DNA of 64,000 nt. Origin: Nemertoderma westbladi. Taxonomy: Eukaryota; Animalia; Xenacoelomorpha. This document shows positions 1 through 10,700 of the stretch, one piece after another. The notes under the pieces are model-generated. The model was not told where the DNA came from. It made no database searches and saw only the letters and a program-made list of their open reading frames with translations. Within the stretch, counting starts at the first letter, position 1, and every line of letters begins with the position of its first letter. The stretch spans positions 1 through 64,000 of the forward strand of contig JAUCBJ010006887.1 in assembly GCA_032718475.1 (NCBI GenBank), read 5' to 3'. Made by a program: the position numbers and the translations under genes.

Positions 1-579
1 GATGACTTCTGTTACCTGGGATCATGGATCCGGAAGTCAGGTGAGGACCTTCGAATACGTAAGGGAAAGGCATGGGCAGCCTTGAATAGGCTTTCCAGGA
101 TTTGGAAGTCACCGAGAATTAATCGGAAACTTAAGGTCCGATTATTTAGAGCAGCAGTAGTTCCAGTACTCCTCTACGGGAGTCCATGCTGGGCTCTAAC
201 TGCTGAGGACACCAAATCTCTGGATGGCACATTCACAAGAATGCTACGCCGGGTTCATTGTGTCAAGTACAATGCACACATCTTCAACCAGACACTATAT
301 AACATTGGAGGTGTCTCATTGGTTCCCCCAAGCTTGACACTAGAACAAAATCGCCTCCGCTTTGCAGGACATTGCTTTCGCCGTGAGGACCAGCCAGTGC
401 ATAATCTTGTACTTTGGCAGCCTCATGGAGTGAATAAGCATGGTGGACAGCCTATGACTTTCTTGAGACGCATCTTAAAGGACACTGGCCTTAAAGATGC
501 GGATGATCTAGCAAATGTCATGGGTGATAGGGAGTTGTGGCGGTGCAATTTTGTTGACAAGCCGGCACAGCATTCTTAA
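1..579 (+). CDS. C-terminal part of a non-LTR retrotransposon reverse transcriptase ORF (RTE/RTEX-like), cut at its 5' side by the window edge
   Basis: Frame +1 is open from base 1: DDFCYLGSWI...KAWAALNRLSRIWKS...KLKVRLFRAAVVPVLLYGSPCW...TRMLRR...RLRFAGHCFR...DRELWR. The F.YLGS motif (RT subdomain 7) and the LLYG..W, RL.F.GH..R and DR..WR motifs are typical of the RTE-clade thumb/C-terminal region. Stop TAA at 577-579. Confidence 0.88.
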   Translation, partial: DDFCYLGSWIRKSGEDLRIRKGKAWAALNRLSRIWKSPRINRKLKVRLFRAAVVPVLLYGSPCWALTAEDTKSLDGTFTRMLRRVHCVKYNAHIFNQTLYNIGGVSLVPPSLTLEQNRLRFAGHCFRREDQPVHNLVLWQPHGVNKHGGQPMTFLRRILKDTGLKDADDLANVMGDRELWRCNFVDKPAQHS

Positions 580-617
580 AAATGCAGCTGCAATGCAGCA
601 TGCCGATCCTAGTAGTA
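1..617 (+). mobile_element. 3' end of a LINE (RTE-like), with short 3' UTR and probable (AGT)n-type tail
   Basis: The RT ORF is followed by about 38 nt containing the palindrome TGCAGCTGCA (583-592) and ending in TAGTAGTA (610-617), after which inverted satellite begins. RTE elements typically have short 3' UTRs ending in short tandem repeats. The exact 3' boundary is inferred. Confidence 0.65.
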
Positions 618-684
618 CTGTAAAAATCTGCAGGATACTTACTGTAAAAATCTGCAGGATACTTACTGTAAAAATCTCAGGATA
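616..684 (-). repeat. About three tandem copies of satellite unit A in inverted orientation relative to the main array
   Basis: TACTGTAAAAATCTGCAGGATACT x2 plus TACTGTAAAAATCTCAGGATA is the reverse complement of the 24-bp A unit; the last copy lacks one base. Confidence 0.97.
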
Positions 685-690
685 TATAAC

Positions 691-710
691 ACTGACTGAC
701 TGACTGACTG
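691..710. repeat. (ACTG)5 tetranucleotide microsatellite
   Basis: ACTGACTGACTGACTGACTG read directly. Confidence 0.97.
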
Positions 711-1495
711 ATAATTATCTAGGTTCAGGCACTTCCCGCCTGGCGATTTTGTTGAAATGTTACAAGTAAATTGCTTTGGTGGTTCATAATCGCGTTACAA
801 AATAACAGATCGATTCTATGTGTGGTATTAGATATATTATTTAGTTTTTTGACATTATTTTGTCGCGAAATGTAAAGCAATGGTATAATAACAACTCCTG
901 CATGAGCTGCAGCAGCTAGCTGTGGAGTAGGAACGGTGGAGTGCAGGGCTGTCTTAGATCGAATTCCATCCAGGCGGAATTTCTTGACTTTGACTAAACC
1001 CCTCCTGCCTGCCTTTGCCTTGTAGGAGCAGCGCTGCTGGCTGAGTCTACAATTCCTTATCAGCTCTCAGGTATAAACAGAAAATAGTTGAGTTGTCAAT
1101 AAACATAATAAAATATACAACTGCAGTAGGATTATATTATCATTCCACGAATCATTGGGCTGATTATTTTGTATAGGATATGTAGAAAGTTCTTAAAAAT
1201 AATATTCTTATTTTTATTATTACATAGGATTAGCATCATTTTTTAGCTGAAGCATTAATAGTGCAAATTAATTTAAATATATTTTAATACCATTACTACA
1301 TTGGCATAAGATAAGTTTCAACATTTCTTACAAATATTATAAAACTCAATAGTGGTGCGAGCATAAAACTCAAATCACGCAAATTTAAAAGAACCGAGTG
1401 TGTTGTCATAATATCATCTCCATAGGTTATTCTGCTTGACTGGGTCTGGGTGCGGCTTTGCTTTTGGGACGGGGTGCTGATTGAAAGGGGGGTTG

Positions 1496-1517
1496 AAGGG
1501 GGGAACTGTCCCCCCTT
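1496..1517. other. Perfect 9-bp-stem hairpin
   Basis: AAGGGGGGA-ACTG-TCCCCCCTT, within a G-rich patch (1441-1520) in otherwise AT-rich DNA. Function unknown. Confidence 0.8.
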
Positions 1518-1736
1518 TTCACTTTGACTGATTTACGGTTTTGTTAAATTTCTTGGTTATAGTTGTTGTGATGCTAAAATTTAATTTGTCTTTGATAATG
1601 TATTATTTTGTTTCATATTGTTTAGACCTTCAATTTTCATAATATTAGTTGAGTTTTTGTTTATACACTTGCTCTATAATATATTATATAATTTGCATTT
1701 ATTCAAAAAATACTTATAATAAAAATTCAAAAAATT

Positions 1737-4700
1737 CTCCTAAAGTAACCTGCAGATTTTTACAGTAAGTATCCCGCTGTTGAGCGGGGTCCTAAAGTAT
1801 CCTGCAGATTTTTACAGTAAGTATCCTGCAGATTTTTACAGTAAGTATCCCGCTGTCGAGCGGGGTCCTAAAGTATCCTGCAGATTTTTACAGTAAGTAT
1901 CCCGCTGTCGAGCGGGGTCCTAAAGTATCCTGCAGATTTTTACAGTAAGTATCCTGCAGATTTTTACAGTAAGTATCCCGCTGTCGAGCGGGGTCCTAAA
2001 GTATCCTGCAGATTTTTACAGTAAGTATCCCGCTGTCGAGCGGGGTCCTAAAGTATCCTGCAGATTTTTACAGTAAGTATCCCGCTGTCGAGCGGGCTCC
2101 TAAAGTATCCTGCAGATTTTTACAGTAAGTATCCGCTGTCGAGCGGGCTCCTAAAGTAACCTGCAGATTTTTACAGTAAGTATCCCGCTGTCGAGCGGGG
2201 TCCTAAAGTATCCTGCAGATTTTTACAGTAAGTATCCCGCTGTCGAGCGGGCTCCTAAAGTATCCTGCAGATTTTTACAGTAAGTATCCCGCTGTCGAGC
2301 GGGCTCCTAAAGTATCCTGCAGATTTTTACAGTAAGTATCCCGCTGTCGAGCGGGCTCCTAAAGTATCCCGCAGATTTTTACAGTAAGTATCCCGCAGAT
2401 TTTTACAGTAAGTATCCCGCTGTCGAGCGGGCTCCTAAAGTATCCTGCAGATTTTTACAGTAAGTATCCGCTGTCGAGCGGGCTCCTAAAGTAACCTGCA
2501 GATTTTTACAGTAAGTATCCCGCTGTCGAGCGGGCTCCTAAAGTATCCTGCAGATTTTTACAGTAAGTATCCCGCTGTCGAGCGGGCTCCTAAAGTAACC
2601 TGCAGATTTTTACAGTAAGTATCCCGCTGTCGAGCGGGGTCCTAAAGTATCCTGCAGATTTTTACAGTAAGTATCCCGCTGTCGAGCGGGCTCCTAAAGT
2701 ATCCTGCAGATTTTTACAGTAAGTATCCCGCAGATTTTTACAGTAAGTATCCCGCAGATTTTTACAGTAAGTATCCCGCAGATTTTTACAGTAAGTATCC
2801 CGCAGATTTTTACAGTAAGTATCCCGCTGTCGAGCGGGGTCCTAAAGTATCCTGCAGATTTTTACAGTAAGTATCCGCTGTCGAGCGGGCTCCTAAAGTA
2901 ACCTGCAGATTTTTACAGTAAGTATCCCGCTGTCGAGCGGGGTCCTAAAGTATCCTGCAGATTTTTACAGTAAGTATCCCGCTGTCGAGCGGGGTCCTAA
3001 AGTATCCTGCAGATTTTTACAGTAAGTATCCTGCAGATTTTTACAGTAAGTATCCCGCTGTCGAGCGGGGTCCTAAAGTATCCTGCAGATTTTTACAGTA
3101 AGTATCCCGCTGTCGAGCGGGGTCCTAAAGTATCCTGCAGATTTTTACAGTAAGTATCCTGCAGATTTTTACAGTAAGTATCCCGCTGTCGAGCGGGCTC
3201 CTAAAGTAACCTGCAGATTTTTACAGTAAGTATCCTGCAGATTTTTACAGTAAGTATCCTGCAGATTTTTACAGTAAGTATCCCGCTGTCGAGCGGGGTC
3301 CTAAAGTATCCTGCAGATTTTTACAGTAAGTATCCCGCTGTCGAGCGGGGTCCTAAAGTATCCTGCAGATTTTTACAGTAAGTATCCTGCAGATTTTTAC
3401 AGTAAGTATCTCGCTGTCGAGCGGGCTCCTAAAGTATCCTGCAGATTTTTACAGTAAGTATCCCGCTGTCGAGCGGGCTCCTAAAGTATCCTGCAGATTT
3501 TTACAGTAAGTATCCGCTGTCGAGCGGGGTCCTAAAGTATCCTGCAGATTTTTACAGTAAGTATCCCGCTGTCGAGCGGGCTCCTAAAGTATCCTGCAGA
3601 TTTTTACAGTAAGTATCCCGCTGTCGAGCGGGCTCCTAAAGTATCCTGCAGATTTTTACAGTAAGTATCCGCTGTCGAGCGGGGTCCTAAAGTATCCTGC
3701 AGATTTTTACAGTAAGTATCCCGCTGTCGAGCGGGCTCCTAAAGTATCCTGCAGATTTTTACAGTAAGTATCCCGCTGTCGAGCGGGCTCCTAAAGTATC
3801 CTGCAGATTTTTACAGTAAGTAACCTGCTGTCGAGCGGGCTCCTAAAGTATCCTGCAGATTTTTACAGTAAGTATCCCGCTGTCGAGCGGGCTCCTAAAG
3901 TATCCTGCAGATTTTTACAGTAAGTAACCTGCTGTCGAGCGGGCTCCTAAAGTATCCTGCAGATTTTTACAGTAAGTATCCCGCTGTCGAGCGGGCTCCT
4001 AAAGTATCCTGCAGATTTTTACAGTAAGTAACCTGCTGTCGAGCGGGCTCCTAAAGTATCCTGCAGATTTTTACAGTAAGTAACCTGCTGTCGAGCGGGC
4101 TCCTAAAGTATCCTGCAGATTTTTACAGTAAGTAACCTGCTGTCGAGCGGGCTCCTAAAGTATCCTGCAGATTTTTACAGTAAGTAACCTGCTGTCGAGC
4201 GGGCTCCTAAAGTATCCTGCAGATTTTTACAGTAAGTAACCTGCTGTCGAGCGGGCTCCTAAAGTATCCTGCAGATTTTTACAGTAAGTATCCTGCAGAT
4301 TTTTACAGTAAGTATCCTGCAGATTTTTACAGTAAGTAACCTGCTGTCGAGCGGGCTCCTAAAGTATCCTGCAGATTTTTACAGTAAGTATCCCGCTGTC
4401 GAGCGGGCTCCTAAAGTAACCTGCAGATTTTTACAGTAAGTATCCCGCTGTCGAGCGGGCTCCTAAAGTATCCTGCAGATTTTTACAGTAAGTATCCCGC
4501 TGTCGAGCGGGCTCCTAAAGTATCCTGCAGATTTTTACAGTAAGTAACCTGCTGTCGAGCGGGCTCCTAAAGTAACCTGCAGATTTTTACAGTAAGTATC
4601 CCGCTGTCGAGCGGGCTCCTAAAGTATCCTGCAGATTTTTACAGTAAGTATCCCGCTGTCGAGCGGGCTCCTAAAGTATCCTGCAGATTTTTACAGTAAG

Positions 4701-7700
4701 TAACCCGCTGTCGAGCGGGCTCCTAAAGTATCCTGCAGATTTTTACAGTAAGTATCCGCTGTCGAGCGGGCTCCTAAAGTAACCTGCAGATTTTTACAGT
4801 AAGTATCCCGCTGTCGAGCGGGCTCCTAAAGTATCCTGCAGATTTTTACAGTAAGTATCCTGCAGATTTTTACAGTAAGTATCCCGCTGTTGAGCGGGCT
4901 CCTAAAGTATCCTGCAGATTTTTACAGTAAGTATCCTGCAGATTTTTACAGTAAGTATCCCGCTGTCGAGCGGGCTCCTAAAGTAACCTGCAGATTTTTA
5001 CAGTAAGTATCCCGCTGTCGAGCGGGCTCCTAAAGTAACCTGCAGATTTTTACAGTAAGTATCCCGCTGTCGAGCGGGCTCCTAAAGTAACCTGCAGATT
5101 TTTACAGTAAGTATCCGCTGTCGAGCGGGCTCCTAAAGTAACCTGCAGATTTTTACAGTAAGTATCCCGCTGTCGAGCGGGCTCCTATAGTATCCTGCAG
5201 ATTTTTACAGTAAGTATCCTGCAGATTTTTACAGTAAGTATCCTGCAGATTTTTACAGTAAGTATCCGCTGTCGAGCGGGCTCCTAAAGTAACCTGCAGA
5301 TTTTTACAGTAAGTATCCCGCTGTCGAGCGGGCTCCTAAAGTATCCTGCAGATTTTTACAGTAAGTATCCTGCAGATTTTTACAGTAAGTATCCCGCTGT
5401 CGAGCGGGCTCCTAAAGTATCCTGCAGATTTTTACAGTAAGTATCCTGCAGATTTTTACAGTAAGTATCCCGCTGTCGAGCGGGCTCCTAAAGTATCCTG
5501 CAGATTTTTACAGTAAGTATCCTGCTGTCGAGCGGGCTCCTAAAGTATCCTGCAGATTTTTACAGTAAGTATCCGCTGTCGAGCGGGCTCCTAAAGTATC
5601 CTGCAGATTTTTACAGTAAGTATCCTGCAGATTTTTACAGTAAGTAACCCGCTGTCGATCGGGCTCCTAAAGTATCCTGCAGATTTTTACAGTAAGTATC
5701 CGCTGTCGAGCGGGCTCCTAAAGTATCCTGCAGATTTTTACAGTAAGTATCCTGCAGATTTTTACAGTAAGTATCCTGCAGATTTTTACAGTAAGTATCC
5801 CGCTGTCGAGCGGGCTCCTAAAGTATCCTGCAGATTTTTACAGTAAGTATCCCGCTGTCGAGCGGGGTCCTAAAGTATCCTGCGGATTTTTACAGTAAGT
5901 ATCCCGCTGTCGAGCGGGCTCCTAAAGTATCCTGCAGATTTTTACAGTAAGTATCCGCTGTCGAGCGGGCTCCTAAAGTATCCTGCAGATTTTTACAGTA
6001 AGTATCCTGCAGATTTTTACAGTAAGTATCCTGCAGATTTTTACAGTAAGTATCCTGCAGATTTTTACAGTAAGTATCCTGCAGATTTTTACAGTAAGTA
6101 TCCCGCTGTCGAGCGGGGTCCTAAAGTATCCTGCAGATTTTTACAGTAAGTATCCTGCAGATTTTTACAGTAAGTATCCTGCAGATTTTTACAGTAAGTA
6201 TCCCGCTGTCGAGCGGGCTCCTAAAGTAACCTGCAGATTTTTACAGTAAGTATCCTGCAGATTTTTACAGTAAGTATCCCGCTGTCGAGCGGGGTCCTAA
6301 AGTATCCTGCAGATTTTTACAGTAAGTATCCCGCTGTCGAGCGGGCTCCTAAAGTATCCTGCAGATTTTTACAGTAAGTATCCTGCAGATTTTTACAGTA
6401 AGTATCCTGCAGATTTTTACAGTAAGTATCCTGCAGATTTTTACAGTAAGTATCCTGCAGATTTTTACAGTAAGTATCCCGCTGTCGAGCGGGGTCCTAA
6501 AGTATCCTGCAGATTTTTACAGTAAGTATCCCGCTGTCGAGCGGGCTCCTAAAGTAACCTGCAGATTTTTACAGTAAGTATCCCGCTGTCGAGCGGGCTC
6601 CTAAAGTATCCTGCAGATTTTTACAGTAAGTATCCTGCAGATTTTTACAGTAAGTATCCCGCTGTCGAGCGGGCTCCTAAAGTAACCTGCAGATTTTTAC
6701 AGTAAGTATCCCGCTGTCGAGCGGGCTCCTAAAGTATCCTGCAGATTTTTACAGTAAGTATCCTGCAGATTTTTACAGTAAGTATCCCGCTGTCGAGCGG
6801 GCTCCTAAAGTATCCTGCAGATTTTTACAGTAAGTATCCTGCAGATTTTTACAGTAAGTATCCTGCAGATTTTTACAGTAAGTATCCTGCAGATTTTTAC
6901 AGTAAGTATCCCGCTGTCGAGCGGGGTCCTAAAGTATCCTGCGGATTTTTACAGTAAGTATCCCGCTGTCGAGCGGGCTCCTAAAGTATCCTGCAGATTT
7001 TTACAGTAAGTATCCGCTGTCGAGCGGGCTCCTAAAGTATCCTGCAGATTTTTACAGTAAGTATCCCGCTGTCGAGCGGGCTCCTAAAGTATCCTGCAGA
7101 TTTTTACAGTAAGTATCCCGCTGTCGAGCGGGCTCCTAAAGTATCCTGCAGATTTTTACAGTAAGTATCCCGCTGTCGAGCGGGGTCCTAAAGTATCCTG
7201 CGGATTTTTACAGTAAGTATCCCGCTGTCGAGCGGGCTCCTAAAGTATCCTGCAGATTTTTACAGTAAGTATCCCGCTGTCGAGCGGGCTCCTAAAGTAT
7301 CCTGCAGATTTTTACAGTAAGTATCCCGCTGTCGTGCGGGCTCCTAAAGTATCCTGCAGATTTTTACAGTAAGTATCCCGCTGTCGAGCGGGCTCCTAAA
7401 GTATCCTGCAGATTTTTACAGTAAGTATCCCGCTGTCGAGCGGGCTCCTAAAGTATCCTGCAGATTTTTACAGTAAGTATCCTGCAGATTTTTACAGTAA
7501 GTATCCTGCAGATTTTTACAGTAAGTATCCTGCAGATTTTTACAGTAAGTATCCTGCAGATTTTTACAGTAAGTATCCCGCTGTCGAGCGGGCTCCTAAA
7601 GTAACCTGCAGATTTTTACAGTAAGTATCCCGCTGTCGAGCGGGCTCCTAAAGTATCCTGCAGATTTTTACAGTAAGTATCCCGCTGTCGAGCGGGCTCC

Positions 7701-10700
7701 TAAAGTATCCTGCAGATTTTTACAGTAAGTATCCCGCTGTCGAGCGGGCTCCTAAAGTATCCTGCAGATTTTTACAGTAAGTATCCCGCTGTCGAGCGGG
7801 CTCCTAAAGTATCCTGCAGATTTTTACAGTAAGTATCCCGCTGTCGAGCGGGCTCCTAAAGTATCCTGCAGATTTTTACAGTAAGTATCCCGCTGTCGAG
7901 CGGGCTCCTAAAGTATCCTGCAGATTTTTACAGTAAGTATCCTGCAGATTTTTACAGTAAGTATCCTGCAGATTTTTACAGTAAGTATCCTGCAGATTTT
8001 TACAGTAAGTATCCCGCTGTCGAGCGGGCTCCTAAAGTATCCTGCAGATTTTTACAGTAAGTATCCCGCTGTCGAGCGGGCTCCTAAAGTATCCTGCAGA
8101 TTTTTACAGTAAGTATCCCGCTGTCGAGCGGGCTCCTAAAGTATCCTGCAGATTTTTACAGTAAGTATCCCGCTGTCGAGCGGGCTCCTAAAGTATCCTG
8201 CAGATTTTTACAGTAAGTATCCTGCAGATTTTTACAGTAAGTATCCTGCAGATTTTTACAGTAAGTATCCGCTGTCGAGCGGGCTCCTAAAGTATCCTGC
8301 AGATTTTTACAGTAAGTATCCTGCAGATTTTTACAGTAAGTATCCTGCAGATTTTTACAGTAAGTATCCCGCTGTCGAGCGGGCTCCTAAAGTATCCTGC
8401 AGATTTTTACAGTAAGTATCCCGCTGTCGAGCGGGCTCCTAAAGTATCCTGCAGATTTTTACAGTAAGTATCCTGCAGATTTTTACAGTAAGTATCCGCT
8501 GTCGAGCGGGCTCCTAAAGTATCCTGCAGATTTTTACAGTAAGTATCCTGCAGATTTTTACAGTAAGTATCCTGCAGATTTTTACAGTAAGTATCCTGCA
8601 GATTTTTACAGTAAGTATCCGCTGTCGAGCGGGCTCCTAAAGTATCCTGCAGATTTTTACAGTAAGTATCCTGCAGATTTTTACAGTAAGTATCCTGCAG
8701 ATTTTTACAGTAAGTATCCTGCAGATTTTTACAGTAAGTATCCCGCTGTCGAGCGGGCTCCTAAAGTATCCTGCAGATTTTTACAGTAAGTATCCCGCTG
8801 TCGAGCGGGCTCCTAAAGTATCCTGCAGATTTTTACAGTAAGTATCCTGCAGATTTTTACAGTAAGTATCCTGCAGATTTTTACAGTAAGTATCCTGCAG
8901 ATTTTTACAGTAAGTATCCTGCAGATTTTTACAGTAAGTATCCCGCTGTCGAGCGGGCTCCTAAAGTATCCTGCAGATTTTTACAGTAAGTATCCCGCTG
9001 TCGAGCGGGCTCCTAAAGTATCCTGCAGATTTTTACAGTAAGTATCCTGCAGATTTTTACAGTAAGTATCCTGCAGATTTTTACAGTAAGTATCCGCTGT
9101 CGAGCGGGCTCCTAAAGTATCCTGCAGATTTTTACAGTAAGTATCCTGCAGATTTTTACAGTAAGTATCCTGCAGATTTTTACAGTAAGTATCCCGCTGT
9201 CGAGCGGGCTCCTAAAGTATCCTGCAGATTTTTACAGTAAGTATCCCGCTGTCGAGCGGGCTCCTAAAGTATCCTGCAGATTTTTACAGTAAGTATCCTG
9301 CAGATTTTTACAGTAAGTATCCGCTGTCGAGCGGGCTCCTAAAGTATCCTGCAGATTTTTACAGTAAGTATCCTGCAGATTTTTACAGTAAGTATCCTGC
9401 AGATTTTTACAGTAAGTATCCTGCAGATTTTTACAGTAAGTATCCGCTGTCGAGCGGGCTCCTAAAGTATCCTGCAGATTTTTACAGTAAGTATCCTGCA
9501 GATTTTTACAGTAAGTATCCTGCAGATTTTTACAGTAAGTATCCTGCAGATTTTTACAGTAAGTATCCCGCTGTCGAGCGGGCTCCTAAAGTATCCTGCA
9601 GATTTTTACAGTAAGTATCCCGCTGTCGAGCGGGCTCCTAAAGTATCCTGCAGATTTTTACAGTAAGTATCCTGCAGATTTTTACAGTAAGTATCCTGCA
9701 GATTTTTACAGTAAGTATCCTGCAGATTTTTACAGTAAGTATCCTGCAGATTTTTACAGTAAGTATCCCGCTGTCGAGCGGGCTCCTAAAGTATCCTGCA
9801 GATTTTTACAGTAAGTATCCCGCTGTCGAGCGGGCTCCTAAAGTATCCTGCAGATTTTTACAGTAAGTATCCGCTGTCGAGCGGGCTCCTAAAGTATCCT
9901 GCAGATTTTTACAGTAAGTATCCTGCAGATTTTTACAGTAAGTATCCTGCAGATTTTTACAGTAAGTATCCTGCAGATTTTTACAGTAAGTATCCGCTGT
10001 CGAGCGGGCTCCTAAAGTATCCTGCAGATTTTTACAGTAAGTATCCTGCAGATTTTTACAGTAAGTATCCTGCAGATTTTTACAGTAAGTATCCTGCAGA
10101 TTTTTACAGTAAGTATCCCGCTGTCGAGCGGGCTCCTAAAGTATCCTGCAGATTTTTACAGTAAGTATCCCGCTGTCGAGCGGGCTCCTAAAGTATCCTG
10201 CAGATTTTTACAGTAAGTATCCTGCAGATTTTTACAGTAAGTATCCTGCAGATTTTTACAGTAAGTATCCTGCAGATTTTTACAGTAAGTATCCTGCAGA
10301 TTTTTACAGTAAGTATCCCGCTGTCGAGCGGGGTCCTAAAGTATCCTGCGGATTTTTACAGTAAGTATCCCGCTGTCGAGCGGGCTCCTAAAGTATCCTG
10401 CAGATTTTTACAGTAAGTATCCGCTGTCGAGCGGGCTCCTAAAGTATCCTGCAGATTTTTACAGTAAGTATCCTGCAGATTTTTACAGTAAGTATCCTGC
10501 AGATTTTTACAGTAAGTATCCTGCAGATTTTTACAGTAAGTATCCTGCAGATTTTTACAGTAAGTATCCTGCAGATTTTTACAGTAAGTATCCCGCTGTC
10601 GAGCGGGGTCCTAAAGTATCCTGCGGATTTTTACAGTAAGTATCCCGCTGTCGAGCGGGCTCCTAAAGTATCCTGCAGATTTTTACAGTAAGTATCCGCT

